A stretch of 64,000 nucleotides of DNA, from contig JAUCBJ010007674.1 in assembly GCA_032718475.1 (NCBI GenBank), positions 1 to 64,000 of the forward strand, written 5' to 3'. This document shows positions 52,901-63,943 of this stretch, one piece after another. The notes beneath the pieces are model-generated. The model did no database searches, was not told where the DNA came from, and saw only the letters and a program-made list of their open reading frames with translations. The translations under genes and the position numbers were made by a program. This stretch comes from Nemertoderma westbladi (lineage: Eukaryota; Animalia; Xenacoelomorpha). Positions within the stretch are counted from its first letter, which is position 1. The number at the start of each line of letters is the position of its first letter.

Positions 52901-55900
52901 TCAAACACAGACACTGAGGTAGTAGTAGACAACAATAGGAGTGTCAAACACAGACACTTAGGTAGTAGTAGACAACAATAGGAGTGTCAAACACAGACAC
53001 TGGGGTAGTAGTAGACAACAATAGGAGTGTCAAACACAGACACTGGGGTAGTAGTAGACAACAATAGGAGTGTCAAACACAGACACTGGGGTAGTAGTAG
53101 ACAACAATAGGAGTGTCAAACACAGACACTGGGGTAGTAGTAGACAACAATAGGAGTGTCAAACACAGACACTGAGGTCGTATTAGACAACAATAGGAGT
53201 GTCAAACACAGACACTGTGGTAGTAGTAGATAACAATAGGAGTGTCAAACACAGACACTGAGGTCGTATTAGACAACAATAGGAGTGTCAAACACAGACA
53301 CTGGGGTAGTAGTAGACAACAATAGGAGTGTCAAACACAGACACTGAGGTCGTATTAGACAACAATAGGAGTGTCAAACACAGACACTGTGGTAGTAGTA
53401 GATAACAATAGGAGTGTCAAACACAGACACTGGGGTAGTAGTAGATAACAATAGGAGTGTCAAACACAGACACTGGGGTAGTAGTAGATAACAATAGGAG
53501 TGTCAAACACAGACACTGAGGTAGTAGTAGACAACAATAGGAGTGTCAAACACAGACACTTAGGTAGTAGTAGACAACAATAGGAGTGTCAAACACAGAC
53601 ACTGAGGTCGTATTAGACAACAATAGGAGTGTCAAACACAGACACTGTGGTAGTAGTAGACAACAATAGGAGTGTCAAACACAGACACTGAGGTAGTAGT
53701 AGATAACAATAGGAGTGTCAAACACAGACACTGAGGTCGTATTAGACAACAATAGGAGTGTCAAACACAGACACTGGGGTAGTAGTAGACAACAATAGGA
53801 GTGTCAAACACAGACACTGAGGTAGTAGTAGACAACAATAGGAGTGAAAACACAGACATTGGGGTAGTAGTAGACAACAATAGGAGTGTCAAACACAGAC
53901 ACTGGGGTAGTAGTAGACAACAATAGGAGTGTCAAACACAGACACTGGGGTAGTAGTAGACAACAATAGGAGTGTCACACACAGACACTGAGGTCGTATT
54001 AGACAACAATAGGAGTGTCAAACACAGACACTGGGGTAGTAGTAGACAACAATAGGAGTGTCAAACACAGACACTGGGGTAGTAGTAGACAACAATAGGA
54101 GTGTCAAACACAGACACTGAGGTCGTATTAGACAACAATAGGAGTGTCAAACACAGACACTGAGGTCGTATTAGACAACAATAGGAGTGTCAAACACAGA
54201 CACTGGGGTAGTAGTAGACAACAATAGGAGTGTCAAACACAGACACTGGGGTAGTAGTAGACAACAATAGGAGTGTCAAACACAGACACTGGGGTAGTAG
54301 TAGACAACAATAGGAGTGTCAAACACAGACACTGGGGTAGTAGTAGACAACAATAGGAGTGTCAAACACAGACACTGGGGTAGTAGTAGACAACAATAGG
54401 AGTGTCAAACACAGACACTTAGGTAGTAGTAGACAACAATAGGAGTGTCAAACACAGACACTGAGGTCGTATTAGACAACAATAGGAGTGTCAAACACAG
54501 ACACTGGGGTAGTAGTAGACAACAATAGGAGTGTCAAACACAGACACTGGGGTAGTAGTAGACAACAATAGGAGTGTCAAACACAGACACTGGGGTAGTA
54601 GTAGACAACAATAGGAGTGTCAAACACAGAAACTGGGGTAGTAGTAGACAACAATAGGAGTGTCACACACAGACACTGGGGTAGTATTAGACAACAATAG
54701 GAGTGTCACACACAGACACTGGGGTAGTAGTAGACAACAATAGGAGTGTCAAACACAGACACTTAGGTAGTAGTAGACAACAATAGGAGTGTCAAACACA
54801 GACACTTAGGTAGTAGTAGACAACAATAGGAGTGTCAAACACAGACACTTAGGTAGTAGTAGATAACAATAGGAGTGTCAAACACAGACACTGGGGTAGT
54901 AGTAGACAACAATAGGAGTGTCAAACACAGACACTTAGGTAGTAGTAGATAACAATAGGAGTGTCAAACACAGACACTGGGGTAGTAGTAGACAACAATA
55001 GGAGTGTCAAACACAGACACTTAGGTAGTAGTAGACAACAATAGGAGTGTCAAACACAGACACTGGGGTAGTAGTAGACAACAATAGGAGTGTCAAACAC
55101 CGACACTGAGGTAGTAGTAGACAGCAATAGGAGTGTCAAACACAGACACTGAGGTAGTAGTAGACAACAATAGGAGTGTCAAACACAGACACTGGGGTAG
55201 TAGTAGATAACAATAGGAGTGTCAAACACAGACACTGAGGTAGTAGTAGATAACAATAGGAGTGTCAAACACAGACACTGGGGTAGTAGTAGACAACAAT
55301 AGGAGTGTCAAACACAGACACTTAGGTAGTAGTAGATAACAATAGGAGTGTCAAACACAGACACTGGGGTAGTAGTAGACAACAATAGGAGTGTCAAACA
55401 CAGACACTTAGGTAGTAGTAGACAACAATAGGAGTGTCAAACACAGACACTGGGGTAGTAGTAGACAACAATAGGAGTGTCAAACACAGACGCCGAGGTA
55501 GTAGTAGATAACAATAGGAGTGCCAAACACAGACACTTAGGTAGTAGTAGATAACAATAGGAGTGTCAAACACAGACACTGGGGTAGTAGTAGACAACAA
55601 TAGGAGTGTCAAACACAGACACTGGGGTAGTAGTAGATAACAATAGGAGTGTCAAACACAGACACTGAGGTAGTAGTAGACAACAATAGGAGTGTCAAAC
55701 ACAGACACTGAGGTAGTAGTAGACAACAATAGGAGTGTCAAACACAGACACTGGGGTAGTAGTAGATAACAATAGGAGTGTCAAACACAGACACTGGGGT
55801 AGTAGTAGACAACAATAGGAGTGTCAAACACAGACACTGGGGTAGTAGTAGACAACAATAGGAGTGTCAAACACAGACACTGAGGTAGTAGTAGACAACA

Positions 55901-58900
55901 ATAGGAGTGTCAAACACAGACACTGAGGTCGTATTAGACAACAATAGGAGTGCCAAACACAGACACTGAGGTAGTAGTAGACAACAATAGGAGTGTCAAA
56001 CACAGACACTGGGGTAGTAGTAGATAACAATAGGAGTGTCAAACACAGACATTGGGGTAGTAGTAGACAACAATAGGAGTGTCAAACACAGACACTGAGG
56101 TAGTAGTAGACAACAATAGGAGTGTCAAACACAGACACTGAGGTCGTATTAGACAACAATAGGAGTGTCAAACACAGACACTGGGGTAGTAGTAGACAAC
56201 AATAGGAGTGTCAAACACAGACACTGAGGTAGTAGTAGATAACAATAGGAGTGCCAAACACAGACATTGGGGTAGTAGTAGACAACAATAGGAGTGAAAA
56301 CACAGACACTGGGGTAGTAGTAGATAACAATAGGAGTGTCAAACACAGACACTGAGGTCGTATTAGACAACAATAGGAGTGTCAAACACAGACACTGAGG
56401 TAGTAGTAGATAACAATAGGAGTGTCAAACACAGACACTGGGGTAGTAGTAGACAACAATAGGAGTGTCAAACACAGACACTGGGGTAGTTATAGACAAC
56501 AATAGGAGTGTCAAACACAGACACTGGGGTAGTAGTAGACAACAATAGGAGTGTCAAACACAGACACTGAGGTCGTATTAGACAACAATAGGAGTGTCAA
56601 ACACAGACATTGGGGTAGTAGTAGACAACAATAGGAGTGTCAAACACAGACACTTAGGTAGTAGTAGACAACAATAGGAGTGTCAAACACAGACACTGGG
56701 GTAGTAGTAGACAACAATAGGAGTGTCAAACACAGACACTGGGGTAGTTATAGACAACAATAGGAGTGTCAAACACAGACACTGGGGTAGTAGTAGATAA
56801 CAATAGGAGTGTCAAACACAGACACTGGGGTAGTAGTAGATAACAATAGGAGTGTCAAACACAGACACTGGGGTAGTAGTAGATAACAATAGGAGTGTCA
56901 AACACAGACATTGGGGTAGTAGTAGATAACAATAGGAGTGTCAAACACAGACATTGGGGTAGTAGTAGATAACAATAGGAGTGTCAAACACAGACACTGG
57001 GGTAGTAGTAGATAACAATAGGAGTGAAAACACAGACACTGAGGTAGTAGTAGACAACAATAGGAGTGAAAACACAGACACTGGGGTAGTAGTAGATAAC
57101 AATAGGAGTGTCAAACACAGACACTGAGGTAGTAGTAGACAACAATAGGAGTGTCAAACACAGACACTGGGGTAGTTATAGACAACAATAGGAGTGTCAA
57201 ACACAGACACTGGGGTAGTAGTAGATAACAATAGGAGTGTCAAACACAGACACTGAGGTAGTAGTAGATAACAATAGGAGTGTCAAACACAGACACTGGG
57301 GTAGTAGTAGATAACAATAGGAGTGTCAAACACAGACACTGGGGTAGTTATAGACAACAATAGGAGTGTCAAACACAGACACTGGGGTAGTAGTAGATAA
57401 CAATAGGAGTGTCAAACACAGACACTGGGGTAGTTATAGACAACAATAGGAGTGTCAAACACAGACACTGGGGTAGTAGTAGATAACAATAGGAGTGTCA
57501 AACACAGACACTGGGGTAGTAGTAGATAACAATAGGAGTGTCAAACACAGACACTGGGGTAGTTATAGACAACAATAGGAGTGTCAAACACAGACACTGG
57601 GGTAGTAGTAGATAACAATAGGAGTGTCAAACACAGACACTGGGGTAGTAGTAGACAACAATAGGAGTGTCAAACACAGACACTGAGGTCGTATTAGACA
57701 ACAATAGGAGTGTCAAACACAGACACTGGGGTAGTAGTAGACAACAATAGGAGTGTCAAACACAGACACTGGGGTAGTAGTAGACAACAATAGGAGTGTC
57801 AAACACAGACACTGGGGTAGTAGTAGACAACAATAGGAGTGTCAAACACAGACACTGGGGTAGTAGTAGACAACAATAGGAGTGTCAAACACAGACACTG
57901 AGGTCGTATTAGACAACAATAGGAGTGCCAAACACAGACACTGAGGTAGTAGTAGACAACAATAGGAGTGTCAAACACAGACACTGGGGTAGTAGTAGAT
58001 AACAATAGGAGTGTCAAACACAGACATTGGGGTAGTAGTAGACAACAATAGGAGTGTCAAACACAGACACTGGGGTAGTAGTAGATAACAATAGGAGTGT
58101 CAAACACAGACACTGGGGTAGTAGTAGATAACAATAGGAGTGTCAAACACAGACACTGGGGTAGTTATAGACAACAATAGGAGTGTCAAACACAGACACT
58201 GGGGTAGTAGTAGACAACAATAGGAGTGTCAAACACAGACACTTAGGTAGTAGTAGATAACAATAGGAGTGTCAAACACAGACACTGGGGTAGTTATAGA
58301 CAACAATAGGAGTGTCAAACACAGACACTGGGGTAGTAGTAGACAACAATAGGAGTGTCAAACACAGACACTGGGGTAGTAGTAGATAACAATAGGAGTG
58401 TCAAACACAGACACTGGGGTAGTAGTAGACAACAATAGGAGTGTCAAACACAGACACTGGGGTAGTAGTAGACAACAATAGGAGTGTCAAACACAGACAC
58501 TTAGGTAGTAGTAGATAACAATAGGAGTGTCAAACACAGACACTGGGGTAGTAGTAGACAACAATAGGAGTGTCAAACACAGACACTGGGGTAGTAGTAG
58601 ACAACAATAGGAGTGTCAAACACAGACACTGAGGTAGTAGTAGACAACAATAGGAGTGCCAAACACAGACACTGAGGTAGTAGTAGACAACAATAGGAGT
58701 GTCAAACACAGACACTTAGGTAGTAGTAGACAACAATAGGAGTGTCAAACACAGACACTGAGGTAGTAGTAGACAACAATAGGAGTGTCAAACACAGACA
58801 CTTAGGTAGTAGTAGACAACAATAGGAGTGTCAAACACAGACACTGAGGTAGTAGTAGATAACAATAGGAGTGAAAACACAGACATTGAGATAGTTGTAG

Positions 58901-59761
58901 ACAACAATAGGAGTGTCAAACACAGACACTGAGGTAGTAGTAGACAACAATAGGAGTGTCAAACACAGACACTTAGGTAGTAGTAGACAACAATAGGAGT
59001 GTCAAACACAGACACTGAGGTAGTAGTAGATAACAATAGGAGTGAAAACACAGACATTGAGATAGTTGTAGACAACAATAGGAGTGTCAAACACAGACAC
59101 TGAGGTAGTAGTAGATAACAATAGGAGTGTCAAACACAGACACTGAGGTAGTAGTAGACAACAATAGGAGTGCCAAACACAGACACTGAGGTAGTAGTAG
59201 ACAACAATAGGAGTGTCAAACACAGACACTGGGGTAGTAGTAGACAACAATAGGAGTGTCAAACACAGACACTGAGGTAGTAGTAGACAACAATAGGAGT
59301 GCCAAACACAGACACTGAGGTAGTAGTAGACAACAATAGGAGTGTCAAACACAGACACTTAGGTAGTAGTAGACAACAATAGGAGTGTCAAACACAGACA
59401 CTGAGGTAGTAGTAGATAACAATAGGAGTGAAAACACAGACATTGAGATAGTTGTAGACAACAATAGGAGTGTCAAACACAGACACTGAGGTAGTAGTAG
59501 ATAACAATAGGAGTGTCAAACACAGACACTGTGGTAGTAGTAGATAACAATAGGAGTGTCAAACACAGACACTGAGGTAGTAGTAGACAACAATAGGAGT
59601 GAAAACACAGACATTGAGATAGTTGTAGACAACAATAGGAGTGTCAAACACAGACACTGAGGTAGTAGTAGATAACAATAGGAGTGTCAAACACAGACAC
59701 TGAGGTAGTAGTAGACAACAATAGGAGTGAAAACACAGACATTGAGATAGTTGTAGACAAC
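16971..59761. repeat. 43/42-bp satellite array, right arm (about 1,000 monomers)
   Basis: Continuous same-orientation monomers. It ends in the divergent unit GACATTGAGATAGTTGTAGACAAC. Confidence 0.99.
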
Positions 59762-59848
59762 CAACTGTATAGCAAAGCAAATCTTATCTGCTAAACTACA
59801 GTTCACTAAATGTCAGTGCGTCTATGTATCAAAGTATACTTAGTGTAA

Positions 59849-59888
59849 ATGTCCGCTAACTCAATCAATATATTGAGTTAGCGGACAT
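59849..59888. other. Perfect 17-bp inverted repeat with a 6-nt loop
   Basis: ATGTCCGCTAACTCAAT-caatat-ATTGAGTTAGCGGACAT. Confidence 0.9.
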
Positions 59889-59954
59889 ATCCACTATATA
59901 AAAACCGTACCATAAGGTTTTACTTCCGTATTAATTTCGTATTTATTTACTTAC

Positions 59955-60115
59955 AGCCATAAACTCTCCAATGTTTATATTTAACCAGACTGCCTCCAAT
60001 ATATCAGCTACATCGAGTACAGAACTAGTCGTCATCTCTCCCCTAGACTCGCCTATCCCAAACAAACAGCGACTTAGTAAGGTTGCTGACTCGATCGACG
60101 TTGACAACTTCGAAC
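59955..60115 (-). CDS. Internal exon (3rd in window): (S)SKLSTSIESATLLSRCLFGIGESRGEMTTSSVLDVADILEAVWLNINIGEFMA
   Basis: Acceptor ttttattcgatcag|GT at 60116/60115 and donor GCT|gtaagt. Only one of three frames is open, and it is the one required by both neighbours (phase 1 in, phase 0 out). Confidence 0.72.
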
Positions 60116-60223
60116 CTGATCGAATAAAAAGTCGATTTGTTGTAACTCAATTACAATTTCATAAAACAATATAATGCAATATGTTCAGAAACACTTTGAA
60201 CTCAAAAATGAAACTACAAACAA

Positions 60224-61498
60224 GGGTTACAGACGTTTCGGTCTAAGACGTTTTGGCCTAGGACGTTTCGGCCCAATGAATGGAATACAAGATTTGCTTG
60301 TCGGACGTTTTAGCCCAAATATTCACTTTACTCCCTTAAATAAGCTATTAATAATAAGTTATTCAATATATTTGTTTTGTAGTTGTTACGTTCGTTACTA
60401 GAGGAGTTGTCAGTAGGAACTGATCCACCTGTTTGAAAGTGAATCTATATTATATTTATAAATAATAACTAATGTAATATTATTATTATTTATTAATACA
60501 GTATAAATTTAAACCATACTGTAACTTAGAACAAAGATAGCATATGCTGACAAATTAACTTTAGTATTATGATGATGGGGTTTCCCCGTAAAAAAAACAT
60601 ACGTATTTTAAAATGTGAGTCAATAAATAAAAGTACATCAAATAAAGTACACCGAATTAAAATGATTACTGTAATTTTAATGTTAGACTTAAAAATATAA
60701 TAGATAAGAAATATTCCATTAAAGGGACATTGCTAATAATTATGAGACAGACTGGATGTCATATGGAATGAGATAAAATATATGCGTATTAAATTTACAT
60801 GAAATATATGCGTATTAAATTTAAATTTACATGAAATATATAGGTATTAAAAGGGCCAGAGTGGATGTGAAGTGAAATAAAATAATTATGTATTATAAAA
60901 TCATTATACGTCGTTATCTATGGGTATAAATCATCTATTATCCAGACCATCGAGATGATGAGAGTTATTGTTTCAACAGATCATTAAGACATAGCTGCAA
61001 CACACTGTCCAGCTACAGTACAAGAATTATCAGTTGAGTAATGTTTAAATTAATGAAGTATCTCCAAAATATATCGCAGTTATATATAAAATATATATAT
61101 ATTAAGCCCTTCATGGTTCGTGAAATTGATTCGCTTTGGTAGTACTGTATATTAGCAATGTGGTACTCGAGACCAATACATTTGTTCTGACTTTCATTTT
61201 TTCGGCCGCATAACATAATTGATGGCGAATTGTCTATGGAACCAGAGCACCACATGCAAAATGTTTATTTTATTTCGAAATTAAATAACATTTTCAGAAA
61301 ATATATTTTATTAAGTGTTTGTATGTTATTGTGAAATAATTATAATTTTAATGAATAATTATTATCATATCAAACAAGTTGGCCTTTTCATTCAGTTACA
61401 GCCATGGGCCGAAACGTCCGGGCCGAATCGGCCGGGCCGAAATGTCCGGGCCGAAACGTCCTGGACCGAAACGTCCTAGGCCGAAACGTCTGTATACC
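60224..61498. mobile_element. Non-autonomous DNA transposon, Mutator/MULE (Rehavkus-like), with repeat-bearing TIRs
   Basis: Left end GGGTTACAGACGTTTCGG versus right end reverse complement GGTATACAGACGTTTCGG. Subterminal 14-15-bp GGCCGAAACGTCC repeats at both ends. 9-bp TSD TACAAACAA (60215-60223, 61499-61507). No transposase inside. Confidence 0.8.
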
Positions 61499-61832
61499 TA
61501 CAAACAAGTACCTTTGAAGAACCCTAAGAATTTATGTGATATTTAATGTGGATGTAACTTTCATACCTGCAAATATTTTTGTTAAGTATAAAAATACTCA
61601 ATACAGGTTAATTTGTTATTAACCTGTATAACGATGTTATTTGGTACATTTTGATCCTTAAAATAGGGATAGTTTCAATGACCTTTTGGCACTCTTACAT
61701 AGTTTAACGGGTTAAATAAATAATTAATGAATTAAATGTAATAATTAATTAACCACACGTAATAATGGATATTCTGCATGATAAACATCCGGGTCCGACT
61801 TCTCCAAAGGTCCGCCTTACTAAACTTAAATG

Positions 61833-63260
61833 AGGAACTTTCTGTGCTAGAGGATGTAGATATTACAGGGGTAACTACACAAGGAGACCCTCTAGTGATG
61901 TTGACGATCTAGTGATGCAACCCTTCAAGAGGAGTATATTTCCAGAAAAGTAGCGGTTTGGGAATCGTCGGTACTAACACTTTCCAAAGCTTCCACGAAC
62001 CAACCTCAGGCTGCATATGCAGCTTTCACCAGGAGTTTGTAAGGTGAATGGGACTATTTACAGAGGGTTGTTCCGGTTGGATCTGGGGATTCCACTGCAC
62101 TATATGCACCTCTAGAGAAAGTAATTTCCGCTACGTTCATCCCTTCTGTCCTTGGTAGCCCTATGTCAACCTCAGAGCGAGAACTTTTTGAGTTACCTGT
62201 GCGTTTCGGCGGTTTGGCCATTCGGAATCCAAGTGACACAGCGACACTATCATGTACTGCTTCCCGTGAGGGAACTGCAGTAGCAGTTGCAGCAATTAAA
62301 GGGATCCGTGATTACTCAGAACCAGATCATTTAAGCTGCCTGAAGGAAGCCCAGTACAATCTTCGGTACCAGAAGAAAGATAAGGTTGAGGCAGTGCTTG
62401 GAATTGTAACTGCAGGCTTCACACCAGACAGAGTGAGAACGATTGAACGTGCTTCTTCCGAACAGGCTTCTGGTTGGCTAAAGGTAGCTCCAGTGGCGCG
62501 CCACCAATTCGATTTGTCTGCTAATGAGTAGGTATGGACGACCTCTGGTTAATAGCCCATCGAAATGCAATGGTTGTGGCGAAGGTTTTAGTACAACCCA
62601 CGCGTTTGACTGTAAGAAGGGGGTTTAGTGGCTCTGCGTCACAACGAGGTCAGGGATACCCAGGATGCACTCTTTAGTTTAGCTTTCCCTGAATCTTGCA
62701 TATCACGGGAACCTGTAATCCGGGAGGTCAACGAGGAAAGTGGTGTGGAGGGTTTGCGCGCTGACCTCTCAGTGAGGGGTTTCTGGCAGCCACAGAGGCG
62801 GGCATTGTTCGATGTTCGGGTCGTTGACCCTGATGCCCCCTCATATGCTAGCCTGTAGCCTCTATACTACTAGACGCGGAAACTCAGAAGAAAAACAAGT
62901 ACCATGATGCATTTGCTCTCCGGCAAGCAGACTTCACCCCGCTGGTTGCTACATTGGACGGTGTACTCGCTCCTGAGTACTCAATGACGGTGAGGAGGCT
63001 GATAGAGAGACTGGCTACCAAATTGGCGAAGCCATATAGCTGTATCATGGGGTGGGTGAGGGCGCGGCTTTCGTTTGGTATCTTAAGGGCGACGTGTGCC
63101 TGCTTCATGTCATCACGCACCAAGTGGAGGTGTGTGGGAGTTGAGGATGGCGCTGCGATTCCTTTGGGTATCTAAGGAGACCCCGATGAGTGCTGACGAG
63201 ACAGCATAGTAACTGTAGAGAACGACTTGGATCCCATGTAACACAACATAACTGTAATTA
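61833..63260 (+). mobile_element. Decayed CRE-clade non-LTR retrotransposon (RT remnant, zinc knuckle, restriction-like endonuclease)
   Basis: Fragments TTQGDPL (~61875), QPQAAYAAF, WDYLQR, ELPVRFGGLAIRNP, SGWL, CNGC...HAFDCKKG, RHNEVRD, RADLSVRGFW, FDVRV, KKNKY, FTPLV, GWVRARLSF, broken by stops, frameshifts and deletions. Boundaries are approximate. Confidence 0.8.
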
Positions 63261-63548
63261 TCATCTTGTGCTTCGATATTTAATTATATTATAAATTAAT
63301 ATGAATGTTTGTTGGTTTTGTTTAACTCTACTAATATGTTTGGATGTCATTTATTGAGAATATTATATTTATAATATATAATATACTGTATAACGTAATA
63401 ATTAATAAATTAAATGTAATAATTAAGTTAGTTAGTTGATTGAGTTGAATTGTAAGAATTTATTTTATCTAAGACAAATTAAGGTACTAAAACTTCTTAA
63501 TTATAATTAATTAATCAAAATGAGTTATCATTTCTCATCCGAACTCAC

Positions 63549-63745
63549 TCATAGAAGCGACTGCAGTTGGAGAATTTGGATGTGACACGCCATCTACCGA
63601 CAGATCACAGCAAGTAATATGTACCCCAGCCGTATTAACGGACTTCACCGAGAACTGAGAATCGTCGTGATTGGTTACTCTGGATATCATCAATGTGCAG
63701 ACACCGTTATCGTCACAGGATAGAAAATAATGAGGGTCGCCCTCC
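63549..63745 (-). CDS. Internal exon (2nd in window), C-terminal half of an I-set Ig domain: EGDPHYFLSCDDNGVCTLMISRVTNHDDSQFSVKSVNTAGVHITCCDLSVDGVSHPNSPTAVASM
   Basis: Acceptor ttccacag|G at 63746/63745 and donor ATGA|gtgagt at 63549/63548. I-set pattern G.CTL.I..V...D...F.V...N.AG......L.V. Absent from the ORF track. Confidence 0.88.
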
Positions 63746-63943
63746 CTGTGGAACGCAGTTAAAGAAATACAATTAATTTTTGTCCAAAAAAGGGAAAAGC
63801 GATGAGAAAAAAATTCAGAAATAAAGACGTTGTATTAAAATATATTTTCTTACTTCTAAAGTCGAATTCCCTTTTTCATATTCAAAATTCAACTCAAATT
63901 CAAGTAAAAATTAATCCAATAATTTTAATTGAAGGCATCTTAC

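Larger units (their letters stand above)
4702..59954 (-). other. Giant (55,253 bp) phase-0 GT-AG intron filled by satellite DNA and a LINE
   Basis: Donor ATGGCT|gtaagt at 59955/59954 and acceptor tgcag| at 4702. Joining gives an open frame (...GEFMA|TRSVDP...). Only about 270 bp of non-repeat sequence lies inside. Confidence 0.72.

Noticed and set aside
17000-59000. G-quadruplex or telomeric role of GGGGTAGTAG
   Set aside because: G-runs are about 39 nt apart and present in only some monomers. It is not a known telomere repeat.
4773-59761. CRISPR array interpretation of the 43-bp or 46-bp repeats
   Set aside because: No unique spacers, no cas genes, and a eukaryotic context of spliceosomal introns and LINEs.
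9879-59780. Dozens of short ORFs such as MTLLLLSTTTPVSVF... and MSNTYTGVVVDNNRSE...
   Set aside because: They are translations of the satellite that stay open only where 42-bp or GCC variants remove a stop. Most have non-ATG starts and there is no coding evidence.
59700-59800. A genuine let-7 precursor gene at the array edge
   Set aside because: The match ends at nt 11-12, the GGTTGTATAG 3' half is missing, and no complementary star arm forms a pre-let-7 hairpin.
59971-60401. Plus-strand ORFs 59971..60174 and 60174..60401 (also 3839..4024)
   Set aside because: Antisense shadows of minus-strand exons, or translation of transposon subterminal repeats (RRFGLRRFG).
61601-61629. 11-bp inverted repeat ATACAGGTTAA...TTAACCTGTAT
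   Set aside because: Short, AT-rich and isolated, so no function can be supported.
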